A DNA stretch of 64,000 nucleotides. Source: an uncultured Bacteroidales bacterium. Lineage in GTDB: Bacteria > Bacteroidota > Bacteroidia > Bacteroidales > B18-G4. The notes beneath the pieces were generated by a model. That model ran no database searches, was not told the DNA's origin, and was given only the letters and a program-made list of their open reading frames with translations. Positions 1 to 10,299 of this stretch are shown here, one piece after another. The number at the start of each line of letters is the position of its first letter. Within the stretch, counting starts at the first letter, position 1. The translations under genes and the position numbers were made by a program. The DNA lies in the NCBI GenBank assembly GCA_964531985.1, contig CAZHFC010000016.1, positions 3,900 through 67,899 of the forward strand, written 5' to 3'.

Positions 1-467
1 TCATTGCCGGGGGGACCTACGACAAAAGCGAGGGTTTCTTCATCAGCCCCACGGTCATACTCACCAATGACCCCATGTACGAATCGATGCAGGAAGAGAT
101 CTTTGGCCCCGTGCTGACCATCTACCTGTATGATGACGAAGCCTATGAGGAAACACTCGAACTGGTCGACAAAACATCGCCCTATGCCCTTACGGGTTCG
201 GTATTTGCCAGCGACCGTTTTGCCATCGATCTGGCCATTAAGAAACTGGTAAACGCCGCGGGTAATTTTTACGTGAACGACAAGCCGACGGGAGCCGTTG
301 TCGGTCAGCAGCCTTTCGGTGGCGCCAGGGCTTCGGGCACCAACGACAAATCAGGGTCGTACCTGAACCTGATTCGATGGGTGTCGCCAAGGACCATCAA
401 GGAGAACTTCGATCCGCCGGCCGATTACCGTTATCCATTCCTGGAAAGTGAATCTCCGGGAAAATGA
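1..467 (+). CDS. pruA: L-glutamate gamma-semialdehyde (1-pyrroline-5-carboxylate) dehydrogenase, C-terminal fragment (5' end outside window)
   Basis: The frame is open from base 3. Aldehyde dehydrogenase C-terminal motifs are present: EEIFGPVLTIY, PYALTGSVFA, QQPFGGARASGTNDK. Confidence 0.8.
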   Translation, partial: IAGGTYDKSEGFFISPTVILTNDPMYESMQEEIFGPVLTIYLYDDEAYEETLELVDKTSPYALTGSVFASDRFAIDLAIKKLVNAAGNFYVNDKPTGAVVGQQPFGGARASGTNDKSGSYLNLIRWVSPRTIKENFDPPADYRYPFLESESPGK

Positions 468-520
468 TGTTATGAACAGGAAGAATGGAGGATAATTTCC
501 CGCGCCGGCGGAACAGGCAG

Positions 521-736
521 TTACTTTTTGATCACATATTTTTTCCTGACCGGAGTTGAATGTGTGAATGAATGCCTGTTCGAAGGCGATTTGTAGGACT
601 TGATCCTGGATGACCGGTCATAGCTGATCCTGGATGTTGATGAATACTTTTGCTGCGTACAGGAAGAGGTTGAGAACATGAGCAGCATGAGGAATGTCAG
701 GGGAAGGATAACCAGAATATATTTTAAATACTTCAT
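521..736 (-). CDS. Small hypothetical lipoprotein-like protein (71 aa)
   Basis: N-terminal hydrophobic signal followed by FSTSSC (a lipobox-like Cys). The rest is Ser/Lys-rich with no recognisable domain. Confidence 0.35.
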   Translation of the reverse strand: MKYLKYILVILPLTFLMLLMFSTSSCTQQKYSSTSRISYDRSSRIKSYKSPSNRHSFTHSTPVRKKYVIKK

Positions 737-920
737 GAAAATATTTTTAAAGTATTGGCGTTAATTGGCGCTGTAAATTTAACGAAAAAAAAGCATATAC
801 TGTATATTTGAATCACATAAAAAGCATCCGTCGCGGGTTTGATCCGCTTTCTTCCGGCCATTAGCCCGCAGGATATCAGACTGACAACCAATTGCTTTTG
901 ATAAATTAAACAACTATACC

Positions 921-1334
921 ATGAAACACAAAATCAGCAGTAACTGGAAAAATGATATGTCGTTCGAGGCAGAAGTCAACGGATTTCGCATCCTTCTCGA
1001 TGCCGATGAGGGCGTAGGCGGAAAAGGGCAGGGGCCAAGGCCCAAGCCGCTCACCCTTGTTTCCCTGGCGGGATGTACGGGTATGGACGTGATCTCCATC
1101 CTGAAAAAGATGCGCGTTGAGCCCGCCTCCTTCAATATTGAAGTGGAAGGCGAACTCACCGAAGAACACCCCAAATACTACCAAGCCATCCATATCCGGT
1201 ATGTTTTCGGAGGAGAGGGCCTGCCTGCCGACAAGATCGAGAAAGCGGTAAATCTCTCACAGGAACGCTACTGCGGTGTGAGTGCAATGTTGTCGAAAGC
1301 TGCCCGTATCACGCATGAGATCGTGATGGAGTAG
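921..1334 (+). CDS. OsmC family protein (peroxiredoxin-like)
   Basis: 137 aa, with the OsmC-type pattern GPRPKPLTLVSLAGCTGMDV and a C-terminal ERYCGV motif. That gives the two conserved Cys. Confidence 0.8.
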   Translation: MKHKISSNWKNDMSFEAEVNGFRILLDADEGVGGKGQGPRPKPLTLVSLAGCTGMDVISILKKMRVEPASFNIEVEGELTEEHPKYYQAIHIRYVFGGEGLPADKIEKAVNLSQERYCGVSAMLSKAARITHEIVME

Positions 1335-1361
1335 CGGTCCCGCTATTCCCTTTTTCACGGA

Positions 1362-2015
1362 TCAGAGAAGGATATCGTTCAGTTCGCTGATGATCATGGC
1401 CGTGGCTCCCCAGATAATATGTCCGCCGAGGATATAGGCAGGAACGGTGATCTCTTGCATGCTCCTATGCGGAATGGTGATTTCCTGCAAACAATCCTTT
1501 CTGCCGAAAACACTGATATCCGCAGTAAGTATCTCGGCCACTTCGGCAGGCTCGGGCCTTAGCACGGGGGTGCCGGCAAACCACCCTGCCACAGGAAGAA
1601 CGCAGAAGTTGCTGGGCGGAATGAAAACAGGGCTCAGTTGCCCGAGTACCTCGATCTTTCCGGTTTCGATGCCTGTTTCCTCTTCCGCTTCGCGTAAGGC
1701 GGTCGTAACAAGATCACCGTCGGAATCTTCATATTTCCCCCCGGGAAAAGAGATCTGCCCGCTGTGCACGCCGTCATATTCCACCCGCCTGATCAGCACC
1801 GTATTTATGAGTCCCGTTCCGCCACCGTAAAAACAGATCAGCACCGCCGCCTTTTTTGCATTTTCCGGATAGGGTTTCCCGGTATATTCCTTCCTCCTGA
1901 ATGCCGGCAGCATTTTAAAATGCGATTGAGTGCCCGGCAGCCTGCCCCTGAGCAATGTCCGCAAATTTTCCCGAAATGTCTCGTATTCCCGTTCCATAAA
2001 GCTGCAATCAGGCAC
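1362..2015 (-). CDS. NUDIX hydrolase, CoA pyrophosphatase-like
   Basis: Nudix box GGKYEDSDGDLVTTALREAEEETG. Length and layout are typical of the NudL/CoA pyrophosphatase group. The start may be the internal Met at 1997. Confidence 0.8.
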   Translation of the reverse strand: MPDCSFMEREYETFRENLRTLLRGRLPGTQSHFKMLPAFRRKEYTGKPYPENAKKAAVLICFYGGGTGLINTVLIRRVEYDGVHSGQISFPGGKYEDSDGDLVTTALREAEEETGIETGKIEVLGQLSPVFIPPSNFCVLPVAGWFAGTPVLRPEPAEVAEILTADISVFGRKDCLQEITIPHRSMQEITVPAYILGGHIIWGATAMIISELNDILL

Positions 2016-2151
2016 AAAAGTAAGGTTTTCGGGTTAAACGAAACGCATGGGAAAATCACAAACGGTCTTGCCTGAAAGCAGAAACAAGACATGCATTCGT
2101 CAAGGTGAAAAAAAAATTGATGCTTTTCCGGGATTTATTATTAATTTTAGC

Positions 2152-2439
2152 ATGAATTTTCAGCCCATGGTTAAGGAAAGACAGGAAGCATCGGGTAATA
2201 CGGATGAACTGATGACAAAACGGAGGGTGTTGATCCTCTACAACGACGATCACAACACATTTGACCATGTCATCAATACGCTTATCGAAATATGCGGGCA
2301 TGATCCCCTGCAGGCCGAACAATGCACGCTCATTGTACATTATAAAGGAAAATGCAATGTCAAAAACGGTTCTTTTTCCGAATTGAAACCCATACATGAT
2401 GAAATGGGTAGACGCGACCTGACAGTCGAAATCTTATAA
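2152..2439 (+). CDS. clpS: ATP-dependent Clp protease adaptor ClpS
   Basis: Core ClpS signature VLILYNDDHNTFDHVINTLIEICGHDPLQAEQCTLIVHYKGKC. I chose the ATG at 2152 rather than the long ORF start at 2047. Confidence 0.85.
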   Translation: MNFQPMVKERQEASGNTDELMTKRRVLILYNDDHNTFDHVINTLIEICGHDPLQAEQCTLIVHYKGKCNVKNGSFSELKPIHDEMGRRDLTVEIL

Positions 2440-2455
2440 ACTAAAAACAATAACG

Positions 2456-2926
2456 ATGTTCTGGTTGGTGGTACTTACGCTGATATTGATCGGGCTTGCA
2501 TTTCTCCTTTTGGAGATACTTGTCATACCCGGCGCCGGCGTTGCCGGGGTGATCGGATTCATCCTTCTCGGTGTCGGCATCTGGCAGGCATATGATTATT
2601 ACGGAAGTACGACGGGTCACTGGGTTCTGGTCGGCACCATTGCCGGTACCGTGATCCTGCTCGTCGTATCCCTTCGGTCGCGGACATGGAAAAAAGTGAT
2701 GCTGAAATCCGCCATCGGCGGCCGTGTCAACCTTATTGACGAGGAAAAACTCAAACCCGGCGACGAAGGCATCAGTGTTTCCAGACTTGCACCCATGGGC
2801 AAGGCCATATTCGGCGAGGAATATGTTGAAGTCAGGACATCAGGCGGTTACCTGGATTCAGGTACGGCCATCGTTATTGAAAAAATTGAAGACCGCAAAA
2901 TTTTTGTTAAACCTAAAGAACAGTAA
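2456..2926 (+). CDS. NfeD family membrane protein
   Basis: Two or three N-terminal TM helices plus a C-terminal OB-like soluble domain ([31 protein letters not shown]). It ends 2 bp upstream of an SPFH/flotillin gene, which is the usual pairing. Confidence 0.8.
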   Translation: MFWLVVLTLILIGLAFLLLEILVIPGAGVAGVIGFILLGVGIWQAYDYYGSTTGHWVLVGTIAGTVILLVVSLRSRTWKKVMLKSAIGGRVNLIDEEKLKPGDEGISVSRLAPMGKAIFGEEYVEVRTSGGYLDSGTAIVIEKIEDRKIFVKPKEQ

Positions 2927-2928
2927 AC

Positions 2929-3924
2929 ATGGACTCTCAAGTATGGATTGTGATTGCCATCGGTTTCGGAGCGCTTTTCGCCCTTTGGCTCATTTTTTAT
3001 TTTATCCCGGTAGGATTATGGTTCAAGGCACTGGTTTCCGGTGTCAGGATATCATTGCTGCAACTGGTATTCATGCGCTGGAGGAAAGTTCCGCCCCCCA
3101 TCATTGTGAACAACCTCATTGCCGCCACCAAAGCCGGCCTGACACTCAACAGGGACGCCCTTGAGGCGCATTACCTTGCCGGCGGAAAGGTTAAATCAGT
3201 GGTCAATGCCCTCATCTCTGCCGACAAGGCGAACATGGAACTCGACTTCCAGGTAGCCACGGCCATCGACCTGGCGGGAAGGGATGTGCTTGAGGCCGTC
3301 CAGATGTCGGTAAACCCCAAGGTGATCGACACACCGCCGGTCACCGCCGTTGCAAAGGACGGGATACAGCTCATCGCCAAGGCCAGGGTCACGGTAAGGG
3401 CAAACATCAAACAACTTGTCGGCGGGGCCGGCGAAGAAACGGTACTAGCCAGAGTCGGCGAAGGTGTCGTATCATCAATCGGCTCAGCCAATTCGCATAA
3501 GCAGGTACTTGAAAACCCCGATTCCATCTCACGCGTCGTACTTGAAAAAGGGCTCGACTCCGGTACAGCCTTCGAGATACTTTCGATCGATATTGCCGAT
3601 ATCGATATCGGCAAGAACATAGGCGCCGTCCTTCAGATGGACCAGGCCAATGCCGACAAGAATATCGCCCAGGCAAAAGCTGAGGAAAGAAGGGCCATGG
3701 CCGTGGCCAGGGAACAGGAAATGAAAGCCAAGGCACAGGAAGCCAGGGCCAACGTGATCCAGGCCGAAGCGGAAATCCCCAAGGCCATTGCCGAAGCATT
3801 TCGTTCCGGTAACCTTGGCGTGATGGACTTCTATCGCTATAAAAACCTGATCGCCGACACCCAGATGCGCGAATCCATTGCGGATAAGCCCGAAGGGGAC
3901 GCAAAGATCAGCGACGATGAATAA
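2929..3924 (+). CDS. floA: Flotillin-like protein FloA (SPFH/UPF0365 family)
   Basis: N-terminal TM hairpin, an SPFH core and an Ala/Glu-rich coiled coil ([42 protein letters not shown]), at the usual 331 aa. Confidence 0.9.
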   Translation: MDSQVWIVIAIGFGALFALWLIFYFIPVGLWFKALVSGVRISLLQLVFMRWRKVPPPIIVNNLIAATKAGLTLNRDALEAHYLAGGKVKSVVNALISADKANMELDFQVATAIDLAGRDVLEAVQMSVNPKVIDTPPVTAVAKDGIQLIAKARVTVRANIKQLVGGAGEETVLARVGEGVVSSIGSANSHKQVLENPDSISRVVLEKGLDSGTAFEILSIDIADIDIGKNIGAVLQMDQANADKNIAQAKAEERRAMAVAREQEMKAKAQEARANVIQAEAEIPKAIAEAFRSGNLGVMDFYRYKNLIADTQMRESIADKPEGDAKISDDE

Positions 3925-4040
3925 CGGATCCCATTAACCACGGCCTGCCATGGCCGAAGATGCTTATCCCTGCTTCCCCGGCCCGGAAGCAGGGATATTT
4001 TACATACTTTTGCACCTTCATTTACCCGGCTGAATTATCG

Positions 4041-6221
4041 ATGAACACCCCCGGCAACACCAACGACCCGACCGCTCAGGCCTTCGGTTCCCTGATGGAA
4101 GGCTGCCGTGGCTTTTGCAGCCGGCAGGAACAGGATGCGATCCAAACTGCCTTTGGGCTGGCCGTCAGGGTTCATGGTGATCAAAAGGCAGATAACGGCG
4201 AATACCGGATCGCACACTCCTTAAAGATCGCCAGTATTGCCATGGAAGAGATCGGGCTGGGCGCAACTTCTGTTATCGCGGCACTGCTGCACGATGTTGT
4301 AAACTGCAGCGAGATCACCATTGCAGAGATCAGGGACACCTTTGGCGATACCGTTGCCAGCCTGATTGAAGAGTATTCAAAACTCTCAAACCTGAACACG
4401 AAAAAGATCGATGTAAATTCTGCGAAGTTCAGGAATCTCTTCATGACCATCGTCGACGATATCAGGGTGATACTGCTGAAACTGGCCCACCGGGTGCACG
4501 ATATGCGAACGATCACGGAATTGCCCCCTGCGAAGCAGGAAGTTTTCGTTGCCGAAACAGAACACATATACCTGCCGATCACCCACAGGCTGGGCCTGTA
4601 CAGGATCAAAACCGAACTCGAGGAGCGGCTGATGCATTACACGCATCCTGCAATATATGCCGAAATAGCCGAAATGATCAGGGAAACCGATACAAAGCGA
4701 AAGCTCTTCATTGAAGAGTTCACGGCACCGATCAGAAAGGAAATGTACAAACAGGGGTTTGACTTCGACATTCTGGGAAGGCCGAAATCCATTCATTCCA
4801 TCTGGCAGAAAATGAAACGCCAGCATGTGCAGTTCGAGGAAGTTTATGACCTTTTTGCCATCAGGATCGTGATCAACGGTAAACCTGAAAACGAAAAAAC
4901 GGATTGCTGGAAAGTATATTCCATCGTAACCAATATTTACCAGCCCAATCCAAAACGTTTGAGAGACTGGATCAGCACACCCAAAGCCAGCGGATACGAA
5001 TCGCTGCACACCACCGTGCTCGGTCCGGGCAATCGCTGGGTAGAGGTGCAGATACGCAGTGCCCGCATGGATGAGCATGCTGAAAAAGGACAGGCCGCCC
5101 ACTGGCGCTACAAAGGTTTCGACAGTGGCGACGATTCACAATCATGGCTGAACCAGGTCAGAGACATCCTCGAAAACCCCGATCAGCTCAATTTCGACAG
5201 CAAGGAAAGCCCGATGAAGACTTCGCCATCCGGCAAGATTTTCCTTTTCACCCCCGACGGGGACCTGAAAGAACTTCCCCGCGGGTCGACGGTTCTCGAC
5301 TTTGCCTATGAGATCCATACAAGGGTGGGAGACCAGTGCAACGGAGCAAGGGTTAATAATAAGATCGTGCCGATCAGGCACGTACTCAATAACGGCGACA
5401 AGGTGGAGATCATCACGTCCAAAAGCCAGACCCCTAAGCTCGACTGGCTGAAATTCGTCATTACCACAAAAGCAAAAAACAAGATCAAGCGCTCCATCAG
5501 GGAAATGAAGTTCAGGGAATCGGCCGAAGGAAGCGACACCCTCCGCCGCAAACTGAAAAACTGGAAAATCCCTTTCAGCGATGAGGTGATCGACAGGCTG
5601 GTGAAACATTATAAGTTTTCCAGCGCCCTCGACCTATACAGCCTGATAGCCTTTGATAAAATTGACCTGAATGAACTCAGGCAGGTATTGCTCGATAAAG
5701 AGGAAAGTCCCAGGGAAAAGGCCGAAACGCAGCGTGAAAGTACCGACAGGAGTAAGGCTGCCGGGGATGATCAATACCTGCTTATCGACAACAAGCTCGA
5801 CCAGGTCAATTTTCACCTGGCGAAATGCTGTAACCCCATACCCGGCGATGAAGTGCATGGGTTCGTCACCATCGGAAAAGGCATCAGCATCCATCGAAAG
5901 AATTGTCCCAACGCCAAACGCATGCTCGAAAAGTACGGTTACCGGCATATCGACGTTAAATGGAAAAGCAACGAAGAAGGAACAACTTTCCAGGCAACCG
6001 TCAGGATCACGGGTGATGACCGCATTGGCATGCTGGGCGAAATAACCAGTGTGATCTCAGGCAACCTGCGCGTGAACATGCAATCGATAAAGGTCGAAAC
6101 CGGCGGAAAAACCTTTACGGGTTTCATACGGCTCACCGTCAGGGACAAAAAACATTTTGATGAGTTGATCCATAAACTATCGAAGATCAAAGGGGTATCG
6201 AAAGTTTCCCGGATCGATTGA
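4041..6221 (+). CDS. Bifunctional (p)ppGpp synthetase/hydrolase, RelA/SpoT family
   Basis: HD hydrolase motif (AALLHDVV), synthetase region (YESLHTTVLGP..WVEVQIRS), TGS domain (FTPDGDLKELPRGSTVLDFAY) and a C-terminal ACT-like domain. Start set at the ATG at 4041. Confidence 0.9.
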   Translation: MNTPGNTNDPTAQAFGSLMEGCRGFCSRQEQDAIQTAFGLAVRVHGDQKADNGEYRIAHSLKIASIAMEEIGLGATSVIAALLHDVVNCSEITIAEIRDTFGDTVASLIEEYSKLSNLNTKKIDVNSAKFRNLFMTIVDDIRVILLKLAHRVHDMRTITELPPAKQEVFVAETEHIYLPITHRLGLYRIKTELEERLMHYTHPAIYAEIAEMIRETDTKRKLFIEEFTAPIRKEMYKQGFDFDILGRPKSIHSIWQKMKRQHVQFEEVYDLFAIRIVINGKPENEKTDCWKVYSIVTNIYQPNPKRLRDWISTPKASGYESLHTTVLGPGNRWVEVQIRSARMDEHAEKGQAAHWRYKGFDSGDDSQSWLNQVRDILENPDQLNFDSKESPMKTSPSGKIFLFTPDGDLKELPRGSTVLDFAYEIHTRVGDQCNGARVNNKIVPIRHVLNNGDKVEIITSKSQTPKLDWLKFVITTKAKNKIKRSIREMKFRESAEGSDTLRRKLKNWKIPFSDEVIDRLVKHYKFSSALDLYSLIAFDKIDLNELRQVLLDKEESPREKAETQRESTDRSKAAGDDQYLLIDNKLDQVNFHLAKCCNPIPGDEVHGFVTIGKGISIHRKNCPNAKRMLEKYGYRHIDVKWKSNEEGTTFQATVRITGDDRIGMLGEITSVISGNLRVNMQSIKVETGGKTFTGFIRLTVRDKKHFDELIHKLSKIKGVSKVSRID

Positions 6222-6596
6222 GCATATCCCGGATGGCTTTTCATCCTTTTTTGCAGGCTGCAGCCCGGGAAGCATATCAGGCAGCAAGTTAATTATTTGT
6301 TAATGCAAAAAACAATTGGCGGTTTTTATTGTTTACTCTTAACAATAACCGGAATCACAACAAGTAAGGATACGGTTGCTGTCAGTAAACCTCTAGCGGG
6401 AGGTTCATGCACCCCAAAATGCAAAGAGATTATAAATTTTGATGCAGAAAGAGGAAAGGGCACGGCAAAGTATCGCACTTACGGCAAGTTCTTTTAAAGT
6501 ATATTTTCAAATCAAAGAGACAGACTATTACCTTTTCTTTCCTTTCTTTAATTCTCTATTGGTTTTTATTCGTGATCGGGGTAATAGTCTTTTTAA

Positions 6597-6630
6597 AGCG
6601 GCGGCCAAAAACCGCCGCTTTTTTTTATAT
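6597..6630 (+). terminator. Rho-independent terminator with no convincing upstream CDS
   Basis: Perfect 8-bp GC stem agcggcgg / ccgccgct with a ccaaaaa loop, followed by a run of 8 T. It lies about 375 bp downstream of the RelA/SpoT stop and 73 bp upstream of the next ATG. Confidence 0.55.
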
Positions 6631-6702
6631 TTTTGCCATAAGTGCATCTCCGGAAGAAGCAAATTGTTTGCCGGACAGGACGCCTCACCTAAGCTGAAAA
6701 CC

Positions 6703-8337
6703 ATGGCAAGGAAGTTTTTCCCTTATTTATTGTTCATATTGCCGCTTGCCTTTTCATGCAAGAGATATGCAGACCCTCCTGAACACACCGTGTTCCGCTA
6801 CAATGAGGCGGCAGGCATCAGCTCCCTTGATCCGGCCTTTGCAAGGGATCTTGCCAACCTGTGGGTATGCAACCAACTTTATGACGGGTTGGTATCGCTC
6901 GACGAGAAGCTGCAGATCAAACCTGCCGTTGCACACTCATGGCAAATTTCCGACGACGGCAAAACCTATTCTTTTTTCCTGAGGGACGATGTGTACTTTC
7001 ATGATCATGAGGTTTTTGAAGGAGGCAAAGGGAGGAGGGTCACCGCACACGATTTTGTCTATTCCTTTTACAGGATCTCCGATCCAAGGACTGCATCGCC
7101 CGGTGCCTGGGTCTTCAGTCACGTGGCCGACAGCGGTTTTTCGGCAGTGAACGACACCCTGTTCCAGATCAGGTTGAAATATCCCTTCATGCCCTTCCCG
7201 GGTCTGCTCACCACCCAGTACTGCAATGCCGTTCCGCGCGAAGCCGTCGAAAAGTATGGGCGTGATTTCAGGAGCCACCCCATCGGCTGCGGCCCTTTTC
7301 AATTTCAATACTGGAAAGAGGGCGTGAAGCTGGTACTGCGCAAGAACCCCGTCTATTACCTCTTTGATGATGACGGAAGGCGGCTTCCATACCTGGAGTC
7401 GGTTAGTATATCCTTCCTGATCGACAAACAATCTGCCTTTCTGCAGTTCATACAGGGCAAACTGGATTTTATGTCGGGGATTGATGCAAGCTACAAGGAT
7501 GAATTGCTCACTCCCGACGGGCAACTGCATCCGGCTTACCGCGACCGCATCAGGCTGACAACCCAGCCATATCTCAATACAGAATACCTGGGTATACTGG
7601 TTGATACAAGCCAGGAAAAGCTAAGGGGGAACCCACTGGCCGATAAGCGCATCCGGCAAGCCATCAGCTACGGCTTCGACCGCCGGAAGATGATGCGCTT
7701 CCTGAGGAACAATATCGGGATACCCGGAAGGGGAGGGTTCATCCCGGCAGGCATGCCCGCTTTTGATACCGGCTTTTCCTATGGCTATTCCCATGATCCC
7801 GACAGGGCATCGCAACTACTCCGCGAAGCCGGTTTTCCCGATGGGGAAGGGCTTGAAGCCATCACCCTGACCACTTCAGCCGAGTACCTTGACCTGTGCA
7901 AATATATACAGCATGAACTGGGCTTATTGGGGATCCCGATAAAGATCAGTGTCAGCCCGCCCGCCGCCATCAGGGAAATGCGCGCCCAGGCAAAGATCCC
8001 ATTCTTCAGGGCATCATGGGTAGCCGACTATCCCGATGAAGAGAATTACCTCTCACTCTTTACAAGCACGAATTTCTGCCCCGCAGGGCCAAACTACACA
8101 CGCTTCAGCAACGCCCTGTACGACAGCCTGTACACCACCGCCCTTGGAGTGACCGATGATGATGCCCGGCACACCATTTACCGGGCCATGGACAGCCTGC
8201 TTATGAAGGAGGCTCCCGTGGTGATCCTATACTATGACGAAGTATTGCGATTTACGCAGAACAAGGTCAGGGGACTGGGCAGCAACCCTGTTAACCTGCT
8301 CGACCTCACTTCTGTCAGCAAGGAGGAGCGGGAATAG
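6703..8337 (+). CDS. ABC transporter substrate-binding protein, family 5 (peptide/nickel type), lipoprotein
   Basis: Signal peptide plus lipobox (LPLAFSCK) and SBP_bac_5-like core motifs. No permease or ATPase genes are adjacent. The ATG at 6703 was chosen because the longer ORF would read through the terminator at 6597-6630. Confidence 0.85.
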   Translation: MARKFFPYLLFILPLAFSCKRYADPPEHTVFRYNEAAGISSLDPAFARDLANLWVCNQLYDGLVSLDEKLQIKPAVAHSWQISDDGKTYSFFLRDDVYFHDHEVFEGGKGRRVTAHDFVYSFYRISDPRTASPGAWVFSHVADSGFSAVNDTLFQIRLKYPFMPFPGLLTTQYCNAVPREAVEKYGRDFRSHPIGCGPFQFQYWKEGVKLVLRKNPVYYLFDDDGRRLPYLESVSISFLIDKQSAFLQFIQGKLDFMSGIDASYKDELLTPDGQLHPAYRDRIRLTTQPYLNTEYLGILVDTSQEKLRGNPLADKRIRQAISYGFDRRKMMRFLRNNIGIPGRGGFIPAGMPAFDTGFSYGYSHDPDRASQLLREAGFPDGEGLEAITLTTSAEYLDLCKYIQHELGLLGIPIKISVSPPAAIREMRAQAKIPFFRASWVADYPDEENYLSLFTSTNFCPAGPNYTRFSNALYDSLYTTALGVTDDDARHTIYRAMDSLLMKEAPVVILYYDEVLRFTQNKVRGLGSNPVNLLDLTSVSKEERE

Positions 8338-8347
8338 TTTTTGATGA

Positions 8348-9109
8348 TCAGAGCATGAGCGTGAGCCCGTCGTAAGCCGGGAATACCCCTTTTGGCAACA
8401 TTTTAAGGGTTTCTGCATGCGTACCCATCATATGGCTGATGTGCGTGATAAATGCCTGTTCGGGTTGCAGCTCCCTGATCACTTCCAGTGCACCTGCCAG
8501 GTTAAAATGCGATACGTGCTTCTCCCTTCGCAATGCATTGATCACCAGTATCCGGCTGCCCCTGATGCTATTCATGGATCGGGAAGGAATTCCATTACAA
8601 TCGGTAATATATGTGAAATCACCGATACGAAAAGCCATCACCTGCATGCGCATGTGCAACACCCTGATGGCTTCAACGCTTACCCCTTTTACCCTGAAAA
8701 CACCCGGACCGATCTTGTTCAGCAGGAAACGGGGAATGCCCGGATAGGGATTATTGCCAAAAGCGTAGTGGTAATCGCGCCGGATGGCCCTCAGCGTTTT
8801 TTCCGTGGCATAGATATCAAGCGGTTTACCCTGCAGGTAATTGTATGCCCTCAGGTCGTCCATGCCCCCGATATGGTCTTTGTGGCCATGGGTGATGAGC
8901 ACGCCATCGAGGGAGGGGAAGGGGTGTGCAAGCAATTGCTGCCGCAGGTCGGGGCCTGCATCGATCAGCAGGTAGCGGCCCCTTGTTTTCACCATGACCG
9001 ACGACCGCAACCTGCGGTCGCGGGGGTCATCCGAACGGCAAACAGCACAATTGCAGCCGATCACCGGCACCCCCTGCGACGTACCCGTACCAAGAAAAGT
9101 AATCTCCAA
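8348..9109 (-). CDS. MBL-fold metallo-hydrolase
   Basis: HxHxDH motif (ITHGHKDHIGG) and N-terminal EITFLGTGTSQGVP. The probable TTG start at 9109 gives the canonical N-terminus. The ORF-track start at 9184 would overlap the divergent gene. Confidence 0.8.
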   Translation of the reverse strand: MEITFLGTGTSQGVPVIGCNCAVCRSDDPRDRRLRSSVMVKTRGRYLLIDAGPDLRQQLLAHPFPSLDGVLITHGHKDHIGGMDDLRAYNYLQGKPLDIYATEKTLRAIRRDYHYAFGNNPYPGIPRFLLNKIGPGVFRVKGVSVEAIRVLHMRMQVMAFRIGDFTYITDCNGIPSRSMNSIRGSRILVINALRREKHVSHFNLAGALEVIRELQPEQAFITHISHMMGTHAETLKMLPKGVFPAYDGLTLML

Positions 9110-9168
9110 GAGAATGTATATTTTTGTATTATTGTTGCGCCAATATAATAAAAAAACACGGAAGCAGT

Positions 9169-9684
9169 ATGACATTTGTTTCAACAGACATCAGAAAGAT
9201 CAGCGGCAACTTCGTGCAGTTGATCGGCTACGACTGGATGCTCATCACGGCCGGAAAGCCTGATGATTACAACACCATGACGGCGGCCTGGGGCAGCATC
9301 GGCTTTCTGTGGAAAAAGCCTGTTGCCATGATCTTTATCAGGCCTCAGCGCCATACTTTTCAATTTGTTGAAAAGTATGATGATTTCAGCCTGTGTTTCT
9401 TCGACAAACATTACAGGCCCGTTCTTGATTTTTGCGGAAGCCATTCAGGAAGGGATACCGACAAGGCCGGCGAAACCGGGCTCACTCCGGCAATGTCCCC
9501 TTCGGGGATCATATACTTTGAACAGGCCCGCATGGTGATCGAATGCCGCAAGGTGTACTTCGACGATATGAAACCTGCCCGTTTCCTCGACGATTCCATC
9601 GATAAAAACTACCCTTTAAAGGACTATCACCGTATGTACATCGGGTTCATAACGGACTGCAGGATAAAACAAGCACAAGCGTAA
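9169..9684 (+). CDS. Flavin reductase family protein (FMN-binding split barrel)
   Basis: About 170 aa with a pattern typical of flavin reductase-like domain proteins (WMLITAGKPDDYNTMTAAWGSIG). Start at the ATG at 9169. Confidence 0.7.
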   Translation: MTFVSTDIRKISGNFVQLIGYDWMLITAGKPDDYNTMTAAWGSIGFLWKKPVAMIFIRPQRHTFQFVEKYDDFSLCFFDKHYRPVLDFCGSHSGRDTDKAGETGLTPAMSPSGIIYFEQARMVIECRKVYFDDMKPARFLDDSIDKNYPLKDYHRMYIGFITDCRIKQAQA

Positions 9685-9741
9685 AAAAAGGTTAACCTAA
9701 AATCGTATCTTTACATCCTTTCACGAATCTTTATTAATACA

Positions 9742-10299
9742 GTGGGATTCTTTGTAAAAATCAGGAAATATGCGGGATTTTGCAGGCTCAGGCGTGAATC
9801 CTCAAAGGTGTTGCGGGAGAAAAGGACCGTGGGGCTTTCAAAAGCCAGGAATATCGGGCTGGTGTATTATCTGCCCGATGAGGAGTCGTACAGGACGGTC
9901 AGCGCCTTTGTGAAAAAGCTGCAGGAACAGGGAAAGGTCGTAAAGGCACTTGCTTATGTCGAAAACCGCAGGCTCACCGGGCTGTTTCTGCCTAAATTGT
10001 CATACGATTTTTTTTATCCCTCGGGGCTGGGCTGGAACTACAAACCCAGAACCCTGCGGGTAAAGGATTTCACGGACACTCCCTTCGACCTGCTTCTTGA
10101 CCTGAGCCTGGCCGACAAACTTCCCTTGCTTTTCGTAACCGCCATGAGCAAGGCTAAATTTAAAGCCGGGATGCAAAGTGATGCCAGGAGCCGCCTGCTC
10201 GACCTTATGATCAGCCTCGACAATAAAAAAGGCCTGCAGGACCTCATTGAACAACTTGAACATTACCTGAATATCATAAACGGCAAATATGAAGACTAA
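9742..10299 (+). CDS. Hypothetical protein (185 aa)
   Basis: Clean ORF with a GTG start that overlaps the dapA start by 11 bp, suggesting translational coupling. I recognise no motif. Confidence 0.5.
   Translation: MGFFVKIRKYAGFCRLRRESSKVLREKRTVGLSKARNIGLVYYLPDEESYRTVSAFVKKLQEQGKVVKALAYVENRRLTGLFLPKLSYDFFYPSGLGWNYKPRTLRVKDFTDTPFDLLLDLSLADKLPLLFVTAMSKAKFKAGMQSDARSRLLDLMISLDNKKGLQDLIEQLEHYLNIINGKYED

Noticed and set aside
6440-6475. RNase P RNA-like word (agaggaaagggcacgg)
   Set aside because: It only partially resembles the conserved GAGGAAAGUCCGGGC P4 segment. The surrounding sequence lacks the other conserved RNase P elements, and the region is too short.
6439-6702. N-terminal 88-aa extension of the ABC substrate-binding protein
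   Set aside because: It would be translated through a strong intrinsic terminator (6597-6630) and a promoter-like box. The Met at 6703 is followed directly by a signal peptide and lipobox.
8348-9184. Longer MBL-hydrolase model starting at 9184
   Set aside because: It would overlap the divergent flavin reductase gene start at 9169 and add 25 non-conserved residues. A TTG at 9109 gives the usual EITFLGTG N-terminus. The start remains uncertain.
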